A DNA stretch of 50,855 nt from a virus (taxonomy: Duplodnaviria > Caudoviricetes). The DNA lies in the IMG/VR virus record IMGVR_UViG_3300020045_006039, positions 1 to 50,855 of that record; one strand, given 5' to 3'. A model generated the notes under the pieces. The model was not told the DNA's origin. It was given only the letters and a program-made list of their open reading frames with translations, and ran no database searches. Shown here piece by piece: positions 34,889 to 43,334 of the stretch (its first letter is position 1; each line of letters starts with the position of its first letter). The position numbers and the translations under genes were made by a program.

Positions 34889-35862
34889 ACATCCCAGCCG
34901 ATATGTTGCGCCCGCGCAAATAACTCGATGCGCTTGCCGTGTGTGTATATCTCGTCAATGATCGATCTAAACTCTTCCGGCTTTTCGCTATGCTTTTCAG
35001 TCCGTTCGATTTGCTGAACGCTATCATGCAGTTTTAGATTATCGGGCGTGCAACTGCCTCGCGTACACACTAACAAAAACTCGTGACGAACGCTGTTGTA
35101 ATGCCCAAAGTTATGCTTGACCTTATCCCACACGAAAGACGTTTTATACTCAAAGCCCCATGCCTTGATCACGCTGAAAGATTCTTCGAGTAGTGGTGAG
35201 GTTGTCCACAAAAACAAAACGGCGTCATCTTCAACCAGTGACTTGATCGGCAACAAACAAAGTTGCTCGATCGTCATGGTCGGATAATGCCGCTCGGCAT
35301 GTCCATAGTTATCATTGTCTGTTATCACGCCGGAGTCATTGTACTTCCACGGTGGATCAGCATAAACGATTCGATACTTCGCATCGGGCAGATCGGGCGC
35401 GTCGCTCATGGCTTGCCGCCGATCCTCTCTGTCAATTTCTTTAGCCAGCCTCAGCACGCCGCTGGTTGTCATCTCTTGATCTTCGTCTCTGGATTCTGAT
35501 ATGTAATTCTCGAAGGCTTTAGCGGGGAGTTGTGCGATCTGTTGCCAGCGCGAGGAATCGGCTTTTTCAATTCCTAAATCTGAAAGGGTCGGCTTGGAAA
35601 CGGTATCATCTTGTAACCGTTTTTCTGGACGCCCGCCGTTCTGCCGATCCATCTTGATCAAAATCTCACCGGCGCGACGTTGCGCCCGTAACTTGATCTC
35701 CGCCGCGTGGTTCTGTGCCTCAAGCCCTAATTCAACCTCGCGGGCATAGACACGAGCGGCCTCGGCTAAGTTGATGATCTTCTTAGCGTCATCGACTGTC
35801 TTGATCTCTGATAGCATCCGCGTGGCGTCTGTTAGTTTTTGAAGTCCGGTTTGTTGTGTCAC
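34870..35862 (-). CDS. MT-A70 family N6-adenine methyltransferase
   Basis: 'IVYADPPW', 'HYPTM', 'LFLWTT', 'HSEKP' and 'IELFAR...GWDVWGNQ'. Confidence 0.93.
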   Translation of the reverse strand: MTQQTGLQKLTDATRMLSEIKTVDDAKKIINLAEAARVYAREVELGLEAQNHAAEIKLRAQRRAGEILIKMDRQNGGRPEKRLQDDTVSKPTLSDLGIEKADSSRWQQIAQLPAKAFENYISESRDEDQEMTTSGVLRLAKEIDREDRRQAMSDAPDLPDAKYRIVYADPPWKYNDSGVITDNDNYGHAERHYPTMTIEQLCLLPIKSLVEDDAVLFLWTTSPLLEESFSVIKAWGFEYKTSFVWDKVKHNFGHYNSVRHEFLLVCTRGSCTPDNLKLHDSVQQIERTEKHSEKPEEFRSIIDEIYTHGKRIELFARAQHIGWDVWGNQA

Positions 35863-36098
35863 GTTGTCCCCACTATCTTAAATTTCTTCACTGCCCACCA
35901 CGGGCGCGATCGTCCATCTTGAGATAAGAAGCAATTTGAATGAATAGACGTAATCGAGTAATCGAACCAGCGATCTTCATCGACGCCATTCTTGAGATCA
36001 ACAAACCGGCAAAGGCATTTCACCTTGACCGGCTCACTCAGTTTATTGTTATTCGTTTTTTCTTGCAATAATTTCTGTAACTCGAATCCTAGTTCCAT
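35859..36098 (-). CDS. Hypothetical protein
   Basis: SD GAGGA; overlaps the MT-A70 start. Confidence 0.55.
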   Translation of the reverse strand: MELGFELQKLLQEKTNNNKLSEPVKVKCLCRFVDLKNGVDEDRWFDYSITSIHSNCFLSQDGRSRPWWAVKKFKIVGTT

Positions 36099-36107
36099 GT
36101 GTCCTCA

Positions 36108-36240
36108 CAAAACAAAAGCGCCTTTCACCTGCGTCTGTGCCTGTGCTGTGGAAGTGCCAATCGAGGAATGGCATTAGCAGAACACAGGCGCATGTGAAAA
36201 GCGCCTATCCCCGATGCTTTACGGCTTCCACACCGTTATA
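36108..36240 (-). ncRNA. C4/CI-like attenuator leader RNA
   Basis: Terminator stem 36118-36128/36194-36204 with U-tail; its loop and bulge are complementary to two upstream segments. Confidence 0.6.
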
Positions 36241-36328
36241 CACAAACATTATACACCCGTTGTCAAGTGCCTGCAAGTCAAAGTGTCTACAACATTTCTT
36301 TTACGGCCTTTGCACATTTGGTCATCTT

Positions 36329-36396
36329 TGCCGCCGCCGGAGTCGAACCGTTTTATCGGACTGCAAATCCGATCTCGTCCCACGTCTATCAGCGGC
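36329..36396 (-). ncRNA. tRNA-like element (degenerate, UGC anticodon loop)
   Basis: Acceptor-like stem GCCGCTG/CGGCGGC, anticodon arm TCGGA-TTTGCAG-TCCGA, T-loop GGTTCGACTCC; D and T arms shortened; no CCA. Confidence 0.5.
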
Positions 36397-36451
36397 AAAC
36401 ATGCGCGATGCCGTGCGCGATATTCTCCTGTGGCTCAGTATACCTCATCTG

Positions 36452-36745
36452 TCAACTGACAAAATACTTGACGCGGGGAGAGCCGTCTGGTAGCATTACG
36501 GTCGCCACTTTCGCCAGATACTTTTCCATTTGTTCTTCGTCGAGTTGAATCTGTTCTTCGTATTGCTTTCTGGCGTCGTTTACTTTTCCGCTGCCGTCGC
36601 ATTCTTCGCACTCCATATCGCCGCCGCAGTGTGGGCATTCGTCCGTGCCAGTTCCGCGACATTCACGGCATTCGACTTCTTGGAGTAACACTTCTGGATT
36701 TTGCTCGATCCATTCTTCGTAGGTTAGGTGCTTAAATGTGCTCAT
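36452..36745 (-). CDS. DnaJ-type zinc finger protein
   Basis: CRECRGTG, CPHC and CEECDGSG. Confidence 0.7.
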   Translation of the reverse strand: MSTFKHLTYEEWIEQNPEVLLQEVECRECRGTGTDECPHCGGDMECEECDGSGKVNDARKQYEEQIQLDEEQMEKYLAKVATVMLPDGSPRVKYFVS

Positions 36746-36822
36746 CGTTTTTCCTTCCCCGCCGTGTCAACTGGCAAAATCGCGCCGCTTGTCAAGCCGC
36801 GCCGCCTTAGCCCCGCCCGCTG

Positions 36823-37071
36823 CTACGCATTGTTGGCGCGGTCAAATTCAGCGTCTCTTAGCGCAATCAATTCATCCGCATGTTCCATCGCTTCATCATA
36901 CACTTTCTTTGCGGACTCGTCTATCCATATGTTTTCCATTGCCACGGCCTCGCCCGTTTCTTTATTCACTGTGACTCGTGGCAAGCAAGACATGGAGTAT
37001 ACCTCAGCCGCCGCATTAACAATTAGATCAATGTATTCGGTATAGTGTTCTATTTTCGCATTGGTTATCAC
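36823..37071 (-). CDS. Hypothetical protein
   Basis: AAGGAG SD, GTG start. Confidence 0.55.
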   Translation of the reverse strand: MITNAKIEHYTEYIDLIVNAAAEVYSMSCLPRVTVNKETGEAVAMENIWIDESAKKVYDEAMEHADELIALRDAEFDRANNA

Positions 37072-37178
37072 GTCACCTTCTCCTTTATCGTATCGCCCGC
37101 TGCGCCGTCGCTAGTCGCGCCGCCCGTCAAGCCGTCACCCGCCCGATCGTCCGGTTCAAGCGGCGGCGCGGGCGTGGG

Positions 37179-37592
37179 TCACTTTAGTTTATCCGGGTCA
37201 AACTCATCAAAGACGATCCTCGCCTTTGCGGTTTGCGTCTTTCCGTTAAGGTAGTATTCATTCCACAGATCGCCAGTTTCATCGCCTTCGCCGTGAAGCG
37301 TAAATAGAATCGACCTAAATTTATTGCTCAGTGCCAGCATGTCAAGTTGATGATCATGCCACTTGCTGGCCTCGCCGCCTTCTCCGTCGAGTTCGTCACC
37401 GAGCGCATATTTCATTTCGGCGGTTATTAAATCGCTAGATAGCAAAACTTCTATCAACGACATTTCGACGTTGGGCTTGCCGCAAGTTGGGCAAAACATC
37501 GCGCCCGCCGGTTTTTTGTGGTCGCACCTTTCGTGCTTTGTTTTTTCGTCGGTGTCTTTCCATGTCAGTGTGTAGTGTGTGTAATATCCCAT
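37179..37592 (-). CDS. Phage hypothetical protein with zinc ribbon
   Basis: AAGGAG SD; FCPTCG; 'KWHDH...TLHGEGDE..DLW'. Confidence 0.7.
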   Translation of the reverse strand: MGYYTHYTLTWKDTDEKTKHERCDHKKPAGAMFCPTCGKPNVEMSLIEVLLSSDLITAEMKYALGDELDGEGGEASKWHDHQLDMLALSNKFRSILFTLHGEGDETGDLWNEYYLNGKTQTAKARIVFDEFDPDKLK

Positions 37593-37632
37593 TTCGTTTT
37601 CTCCTTAGTGGTTTAATTTCGTCGTCTCGTCG

Positions 37633-37911
37633 TCACCCGCCCGCCGATCGCGCAGCCTGTAACGCTTTCAGATACGCCACAAACTCATTCATGTGTTCAA
37701 GCGTATCGCGCGCAACCGATAGCCGCATGTCGTTAAGCCGCGCGTCCGGTCGGTGCCCAAGCGCCTGCGCTAACTTTTCGTATCCCTCGATCTCGATCTG
37801 CTTGAGCGGGATTTCCGTGAGTGTATCGGCTAAGTCTTTCGCTATTTCGTCGTCCGATATATGCGCGTGCGCTTTCAGAATTTCAGGGGTAATTACTGTT
37901 GGGTAACGCAT
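37633..37911 (-). CDS. Hypothetical protein
   Basis: AGGAGG SD. Confidence 0.6.
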   Translation of the reverse strand: MRYPTVITPEILKAHAHISDDEIAKDLADTLTEIPLKQIEIEGYEKLAQALGHRPDARLNDMRLSVARDTLEHMNEFVAYLKALQAARSAGG

Positions 37912-38002
37912 CTTGCCTCCTAGTTATCTATCGCCATGATTTCGTCAGAATGTGCGTCTGCGTTGCCGCCCGCCGCCGCGCGTCCGGCCACGGGGCGGGC
38001 GG

Positions 38003-38188
38003 CTAGTCGGTTTCCGTAGGGTAGTCAACTTGATCAGCAGACCATTGCATCAATTCAAGTACGCTTGATGTGCTTGGCCGCTTCGATGTGTGCATAATAA
38101 AGTCTGCGACAAGTTCATCAAGCATCTTGTGTAATTCTGCATGACGCTCTTTGTGCAGTTTGCGATCTTCGTCGTTGTTGCGCATCAT
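38003..38188 (-). CDS. Hypothetical protein
   Basis: TAATG coupling. Confidence 0.55.
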   Translation of the reverse strand: MMRNNDEDRKLHKERHAELHKMLDELVADFIMHTSKRPSTSSVLELMQWSADQVDYPTETD

Positions 38189-38445
38189 TATCCTTTCGCC
38201 GCGCCCGCGTCACGCGCTGCGAGCGGCGGCGGTTGGTCTGCTAATAACTCTCTCCAATACTTGTACTGTTCAATTGCTTTTCGTATTGCGTCTGATTCAG
38301 ATTCAGCACTAACGCCCATCTTGTCGCGCCAGTATTTTCTATCTGGATCGGAAAGTGTATCAAGCCATCCCATCAGGCTATTTGCGGATTCCAAGAACAG
38401 ATTAAGGTGAATCGGATCGATTCTCATTACCTTGTTGTCGCTCAT
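38188..38445 (-). CDS. Hypothetical protein
   Basis: TAATG-coupled start (MSDNKV...). Confidence 0.55.
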   Translation of the reverse strand: MSDNKVMRIDPIHLNLFLESANSLMGWLDTLSDPDRKYWRDKMGVSAESESDAIRKAIEQYKYWRELLADQPPPLAARDAGAAKG

Positions 38446-38651
38446 TATCTCATCCACCCGATCGCCGTCGCGCACCACGCCATCGCCGCGCAACTGCATA
38501 GCGCCGCGACGAACAGATACAGCCGCACGCGACGCGACACGCCGGGCAGTTGCGAGACGACGCGCCCGTATTCATCGACACGATCGCCGAGCGCGTGGCC
38601 GAGTTGCAGGTAGGTGTGAATTTGATCGCGGTCGTGTTCGTTGGTGGTCAT
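38445..38651 (-). CDS. Small protein with C-terminal TM helix
   Basis: Hydrophobic C-terminus; ATGA coupling. Confidence 0.5.
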   Translation of the reverse strand: MTTNEHDRDQIHTYLQLGHALGDRVDEYGRVVSQLPGVSRRVRLYLFVAALCSCAAMAWCATAIGWMR

Positions 38652-38854
38652 GATTCGTTCCTCAGTGCTTCCACGGCCAATTCCTCAATGCTAGTGCTAA
38701 TGATCACCACAGTCTTTTTAGCATACGGTTTGCGCTCGTAGACCGTAAACACGCGACGGCCTTCGTCGTCCTTTTCACCAATCAGCCAGCGCGAATGATT
38801 TGACAATCGGATGTGTTCATGTTCATCAAACAGGATGCTAACTATCGCGCTCAT
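38648..38854 (-). CDS. Hypothetical protein
   Basis: ATGA-coupled ORF. Confidence 0.55.
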   Translation of the reverse strand: MSAIVSILFDEHEHIRLSNHSRWLIGEKDDEGRRVFTVYERKPYAKKTVVIISTSIEELAVEALRNES

Positions 38855-39099
38855 CGTTTCGCCTCGCTATCTTCCATCTGTTGCGCTAACGGCGTGTCCA
38901 TCGCGGCCAACTCGCTGCGCTCCCGATCGCGGCGGCGCTTGATCTCGCGCTTCGCGTCGCGCTGAATATCCGGCGTGTTGCCATAGCGCGCAAGTTTATT
39001 CAATTCGTGCTGAGTAAGCACATGCCAATCGATTGCGGCTTTGGCCTTGTTTGAGTTGTGCCTGACAATGCTATGAGCGGCAAAAGTTGAGAATTTCAT
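38851..39099 (-). CDS. Hypothetical protein
   Basis: ATGA-coupled; AAGGAG SD. Confidence 0.55.
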   Translation of the reverse strand: MKFSTFAAHSIVRHNSNKAKAAIDWHVLTQHELNKLARYGNTPDIQRDAKREIKRRRDRERSELAAMDTPLAQQMEDSEAKR

Positions 39100-39659
39100 T
39101 TTGGCTCCTTCATCGTTACCACAAATGTCTTGATCTGCCGATCGATGTTGTGGTTAAAAATCACATCGCCGTCGTTGTCCTCGCGGGCGTTTGCCAAGCC
39201 GTAAAAATGTAGAGTATCAATTACAGTCTTGACCCGCAACTCATGCGCGGCGATGCGTTCGAGTTTTTCTTGCTCCCGCTTGCGATCGTATTCTTGATCG
39301 CGGGCTTTCAGCGCGGCGCGGTGGTCTAGTTCAACTTGCTGAAAGGCCGACAGATTGCCGCAATGCGGACAGAGTTTTGCATCGGTGAAGTCTGTGCCTC
39401 TTTTCCACATGTCGAGGCTAGAGTCCATTAGCCTACCGCAGCGTGTGACGTAATACCGCCAATCGTAATGAAACGGCTTATTTGAATCTGGATTCTTGAC
39501 GACTGCATCAAAATCCATGATGTGCCATATCTGCGGCTTCGGATCGGGGGCATTCCATCTTTTAGATGTGCGCTGGAAAGCAGCCTCAATGATCGGCATG
39601 TCGCGCTTCGTGATCGTGCCGTTGGCCGATTTGATGTCGGCAATGCTTCGATGTTTCAT
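39096..39659 (-). CDS. Hypothetical protein with Cys motif and coiled coil
   Basis: TRCG...CPHC. Confidence 0.6.
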   Translation of the reverse strand: MKHRSIADIKSANGTITKRDMPIIEAAFQRTSKRWNAPDPKPQIWHIMDFDAVVKNPDSNKPFHYDWRYYVTRCGRLMDSSLDMWKRGTDFTDAKLCPHCGNLSAFQQVELDHRAALKARDQEYDRKREQEKLERIAAHELRVKTVIDTLHFYGLANAREDNDGDVIFNHNIDRQIKTFVVTMKEPK

Positions 39660-40024
39660 CCCTGCACCGCCTTGCTGTCCGGTTCGAGCGCGGCATCGAC
39701 CGCCGCGAGATCGGCGGGCGTGAGATCGAAGTCCGCATTGATCATTTTGATCTTCTTTGATAAGTCGCTGGTGCTGTCATTTACAACGTCATGCGCGGCT
39801 TGAGTGAACCGCGCGATCGTCGCCGTTATCGTTGCGGCGGGCGGCGCGGTGTGACGCTGTGCCGTCTCAAGTTTTTCAACCCGATCGATCAAACTCTGAA
39901 CCTGAATTGCCAGAGCCATTTCCGCCCAAGTTACACGCGGAGCATCCTTGCTGGTATTGATGTCGTGTTCTGGGTTGTACCGATCGAAAATAGTTTGTAG
40001 GTCGCTCATGTTATCATTCTCCAA
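39656..40024 (-). CDS. Hypothetical protein
   Basis: GGAG SD before ATG 40009; ATGA coupling downstream. Confidence 0.55.
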   Translation of the reverse strand: MENDNMSDLQTIFDRYNPEHDINTSKDAPRVTWAEMALAIQVQSLIDRVEKLETAQRHTAPPAATITATIARFTQAAHDVVNDSTSDLSKKIKMINADFDLTPADLAAVDAALEPDSKAVQG

Positions 40025-40083
40025 GTTCCCCTCGCTCCGTCGCGCGGTCGAATCGAGCGCGGCGGAGCGGGGGGCGGTGTGGG

Positions 40084-40923
40084 CTACAGGCCGGTATCGT
40101 CTCGGCCTAGTTGTTTCTTGTTCTTGGCGAGAGTCGCCATTGATTTGGCAGTAACGGGATCAGCGCCCGCGTCGTTCAGGAATACGTCTGCCTGCGCTTT
40201 TTTGAATCCCATCTTTTCGGCGTCGATATAGAACTGCGCGGCGGTGTATTCCTTAGCGTCGTGATCAACCACCTCTGATCCTTCGAGTTCCCAATCGCCA
40301 GGGTATACCGCTTCGTCGTCCGCATCATTCGCCGCTGCCATGCCGAACGGAACATCGAATCTCCGCTTGAGCGCGTCGGCCTCGGCTCGTTTCATCGCGC
40401 ACTGGACAGGCTTCATTTTGGTATTTTCACCGCGCTCGATCATTCCGATTCCAATCGTGTACGGCTTACTTCCAACCATGTCCTTGACAACCTCCCACGG
40501 CAAGCCTGCTTTCGTCAAGCGTTCAACCGTGCCGGTGTACGAAAGAATGTTCGATGTATCGTACAGTCGGGCTTCGTAAGCCAGCGCGCCATCTGGTATC
40601 TGCAATTCCTTTCGCTCGTCAATATCTTTGATTGCTCGAAAGTCAATCCAGAAGTTACCCTTGTCTTTCATTTGCTGTCGCGCACATTTACGCAAACCCT
40701 TGACGCCAACCATTAGCCCTCGATTCGGGATCATCCATATTTCGCCATTGAACGGGTCAAGGTTGTGAGCGATTGCAGCCTGAGCAAGTGCTAGACGTTG
40801 CGATTGATCGAGTTTGCCGGGGAGCATCAGCGCCAGACGCTTGTCGAGTTCACGCAGGTCTGCGCGCGTGCCGTAAAGATCGATTCCGTTTTGTTGCGTT
40901 GTTGCGATGTTGGTAGTAGTCAT
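40084..40923 (-). CDS. RecT/Red-beta-like single-strand annealing protein
   Basis: 'NLDPFNGEIWMIP...VGVKGLRK' and 'MKRAEADALKRRF'. Confidence 0.75.
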   Translation of the reverse strand: MTTTNIATTQQNGIDLYGTRADLRELDKRLALMLPGKLDQSQRLALAQAAIAHNLDPFNGEIWMIPNRGLMVGVKGLRKCARQQMKDKGNFWIDFRAIKDIDERKELQIPDGALAYEARLYDTSNILSYTGTVERLTKAGLPWEVVKDMVGSKPYTIGIGMIERGENTKMKPVQCAMKRAEADALKRRFDVPFGMAAANDADDEAVYPGDWELEGSEVVDHDAKEYTAAQFYIDAEKMGFKKAQADVFLNDAGADPVTAKSMATLAKNKKQLGRDDTGL

Positions 40924-41101
40924 GTTGTCCTCTGTTAAAAGTTTAAGATCGAGGCCGATCCCTGCGGGCGTCCATGCCGTTTGATTGCGGCCTCGATTTT
41001 GTTACGGTGTCGAACGTGTTAATTTTCAGTCACGCGCCTCCGTTACTTGAGTTGAAGTATGCGCCGCCTTCGCTAAAGCCAACGGCGCAACGAAAAGATA
41101 A

Positions 41102-41338
41102 TTACTCGCCTCGATGATTCATAACCGGCTTGTGCTTCCACTTGTCTTTAATCTCTGCCGGTTCAAGCCACTTCATCCACGCGCGCCCCTGCTTGTATTC
41201 CTTGAATTGCTGTTCGCTCTCGAACAGGTGCGGCTGAATTTTGTATTGATGCTCTTCATTGACGCGCTCGAATTTCAATACCTCGCTGTCGCCTAGTTGA
41301 TTCTTGCCGCCGTTGTGGAGTACGAGAAGTTCACTCAT
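41102..41338 (-). CDS. Hypothetical protein
   Basis: TAATG coupling. Confidence 0.55.
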   Translation of the reverse strand: MSELLVLHNGGKNQLGDSEVLKFERVNEEHQYKIQPHLFESEQQFKEYKQGRAWMKWLEPAEIKDKWKHKPVMNHRGE

Positions 41339-41769
41339 TAAAAGATACTCGGATCGAAGTCGGTGTGGTATGTAATTTCTTCGCTGTCCGGCGTTACGCC
41401 GTTCGCCGCGTCGAGGTCGACGGCAACGGCGGCGCGGGGGGAGGGCGCGATAACCTCGCGGGCTATCTCGCGGATGCTATTCAGCAGATCGCCGCGCCTC
41501 TTTGCGGATCGTTCGCCGTTACCAATGCTGTGATCAACATTGCCTAGCAGTCCGCAGATCGCCTTCAATGCGTTTTGCGCTTCGTCGCGCTGCGCGGTCA
41601 GGCGGGCGATTTTCTCGTCTCTATCGTCAACCATTTCAAACGTGGTTGTTTTCCATTCTTGCTTTCGATCGAACGGCGCTTCGCGTCCACCAACCGGACA
41701 TTGATCAGTTTGATAATGATGCAATGCGTAATCGCCACCACAATTTTTGCACTTGTCCCATGAGTTCAT
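41338..41769 (-). CDS. Hypothetical protein with N-terminal Cys/His motif
   Basis: GGAGG SD; CKNC...HH...CP. Confidence 0.6.
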   Translation of the reverse strand: MNSWDKCKNCGGDYALHHYQTDQCPVGGREAPFDRKQEWKTTTFEMVDDRDEKIARLTAQRDEAQNALKAICGLLGNVDHSIGNGERSAKRRGDLLNSIREIAREVIAPSPRAAVAVDLDAANGVTPDSEEITYHTDFDPSIF

Positions 41770-41770
41770 G

Positions 41771-41926
41771 TCAATCCTCCAATCGATCGTATGTGCTCGT
41801 TGCCGCCGCGTCGCGCTCGGCTTGCTCCGCCTCGGCGTTCGGATCGCCCGCGCCGAAGTCCTGCGGATTGTCGCGCATCGCCCGCGCGATTAAGGCGTCC
41901 ATCTGCTCGTCAGTCCATTTGCTCAT
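41771..41926 (-). CDS. 51-aa acidic protein (not in ORF track)
   Basis: MSKWTDEQMDALIARAMRDNPQDF...; GGAG SD. Confidence 0.5.
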   Translation of the reverse strand: MSKWTDEQMDALIARAMRDNPQDFGAGDPNAEAEQAERDAAATSTYDRLED

Positions 41927-41967
41927 TTCGTTGCTCCGTCGTTCGTCTCGCGTCCGTGAGGGCGCGG

Positions 41968-42096
41968 CTATCCAGCCTCATACCCAAGTCGTCGCGCGGC
42001 GTTATATTGGCATTCGTAGCAGTTACAGCCAAAGAATTGCAGCGCATACGCCTTCATCTCAACTTGGTACAACTTGATCGCTTGTGATGCTGTCAT
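41968..42096 (-). CDS. 42-aa Cys-containing protein (not in ORF track)
   Basis: MTASQAIKLYQVEMKAYALQFFGCNCYECQY...; GGAG SD. Confidence 0.5.
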   Translation of the reverse strand: MTASQAIKLYQVEMKAYALQFFGCNCYECQYNAARRLGYEAG

Positions 42097-42144
42097 CGTC
42101 GTTCGCTCCGTGTCGGGCCGCGCTGGGCGGCGGCACGTTGATAT

Positions 42145-42357
42145 TTAGCCAATGTCGCCAGACTCGGCGAGGTCTCGCGTGATCAGCCGCTTGCCGCGAT
42201 AGATTTTTACGCCTCTGTCTAAATTGTCCCTAGCTGCCTCGCCGATCGTGCCGTAGTCTCGATTGATTTCTCTCTCGCCGTTATTCCAAACCTCCACGGC
42301 GCGATGTGTGTCACCGGTGTCACTGTTTCGGATTTGGATTCGCAGTAATTTAGCCAT
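42145..42357 (-). CDS. First gene of the leftward early operon, hypothetical
   Basis: AGGAG SD before ATG 42357. Confidence 0.55.
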   Translation of the reverse strand: MAKLLRIQIRNSDTGDTHRAVEVWNNGEREINRDYGTIGEAARDNLDRGVKIYRGKRLITRDLAESGDIG

Positions 42358-42402
42358 TTCGATTTCTCCTGTAGGTGTGGTGTGTCTGTCACTTACACTT
42401 AT

Positions 42403-42430
42403 ATTATACATATATCCCGCCAAAAGTCAA
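42403..42430 (-). promoter_or_regulatory. Leftward early promoter
   Basis: TTGACT-N16-TATAAT. Confidence 0.75.
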
Positions 42431-42448
42431 GCCCCAATTTCAAGACTC

Positions 42449-42485
42449 TAATTATTCATATTATGTAAATAGTTATGAATAATTA
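42449..42485. promoter_or_regulatory. AT-rich 12-bp inverted repeat (operator candidate)
   Basis: TAATTATTCATA-N13-TATGAATAATTA between the divergent promoters. Confidence 0.6.
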
Positions 42486-42493
42486 ACTGGCTA

Positions 42494-42521
42494 TTGACAC
42501 GCGGCGAATTATGAATATAAT
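42494..42521 (+). promoter_or_regulatory. Rightward early promoter
   Basis: TTGACA-N16-TATAAT with both hexamers at consensus. Confidence 0.8.
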
Positions 42522-42538
42522 GAAGGCGAGGTGATTAG

Positions 42539-42817
42539 ATGAGGAAACCAAAGCCACAATCGAAGTATAAAGCAATTCTCTTAAAGCGCGAACGGGCCGA
42601 CGCTCTGCTCGCGCTGTTCGCGTCTGTCGGCTTGCGGCTCAAGCGCGGGCCGAGCGGCGAAACCGGCATCGGCTTTGATGCGCTGCTTATGCTGGCCGCG
42701 CAACTGCCGACGAATTTTGGAACGTGCATCGTTCAGGCACGAGGTAATGCTACACAGCCCGCCGCCGCCTCTCACCGTGGCGGGCCGAAGCGCAAACGAC
42801 AAGGAGTAACGCAATGA
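42539..42817 (+). CDS. First gene of the rightward operon; small basic protein, possible regulator
   Basis: GAGGTG SD; basic; no clear HTH. Confidence 0.55.
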   Translation: MRKPKPQSKYKAILLKRERADALLALFASVGLRLKRGPSGETGIGFDALLMLAAQLPTNFGTCIVQARGNATQPAAASHRGGPKRKRQGVTQ

Positions 42818-43116
42818 GAGAAATCGCTGGCTACATTGTACTTAATAGCAACATGTCAGATACGCCGTTGTATCTTTCAGTTGACGGCGTTCTGTATATC
42901 GGCAGCAAGATAACGCTATTCAAGGATCGAAAATCTGCGCGTTTGGCAGTGCGTCGAACAATACGATATGCAAAGCAGAAAGGGTATATGAATAGTGTTG
43001 AAACCGTTTGGGGCAAATACAGCATACGCAAATTGTCGAATGTGCCATCATCTAAACCGCCCGTAACGCGCCCCGCGCCGAAGCGGGCGCAGGCGAGAGG
43101 AGCGACGAAGGCATGA
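42814..43116 (+). CDS. Hypothetical protein
   Basis: AAGGAG SD; ATGA coupling. Confidence 0.6.
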   Translation: MREIAGYIVLNSNMSDTPLYLSVDGVLYIGSKITLFKDRKSARLAVRRTIRYAKQKGYMNSVETVWGKYSIRKLSNVPSSKPPVTRPAPKRAQARGATKA

Positions 43117-43334
43117 GCAGTTTACTACTCGACAAGGACAACCTAGACCGCAAGCCGCACAACATTACAGATGATGTGTGGTATTACGAAGATAAAAAAG
43201 GGATTGACCTTTACGTCTACGGTAAAAGTTATATGATTCCCGTTCGACAACTTCGATCGTATCTGCGGCGTCTTGACGCCCGCAAGCGTCGCACCGCGCC
43301 TCGACCGGCGGCGCGGCGAAAGGCGGGGCGATGA
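43113..43334 (+). CDS. Hypothetical protein
   Basis: ATGA coupling. Confidence 0.6.
   Translation: MSSLLLDKDNLDRKPHNITDDVWYYEDKKGIDLYVYGKSYMIPVRQLRSYLRRLDARKRRTAPRPAARRKAGR

Noticed and set aside
36356-36372. Plus-strand tRNA-Cys (CTGCAAA anticodon loop)
   Set aside because: The T-loop GGTTCGACTCC is on the minus strand, so the plus-strand loop is just the complement.
37094-37174. Integron attC site (contains TCAAGCCG...TTCAAGCG)
   Set aside because: Lacks the RYYYAAC/GTTRRRY core boxes and no integron integrase is encoded. Kept only as a generic hairpin linker.
680-41800. Numerous plus-strand ORFs opposite the minus-strand genes in the ORF track
   Set aside because: Antisense shadows of GC-rich coding sequence without recognisable motifs.
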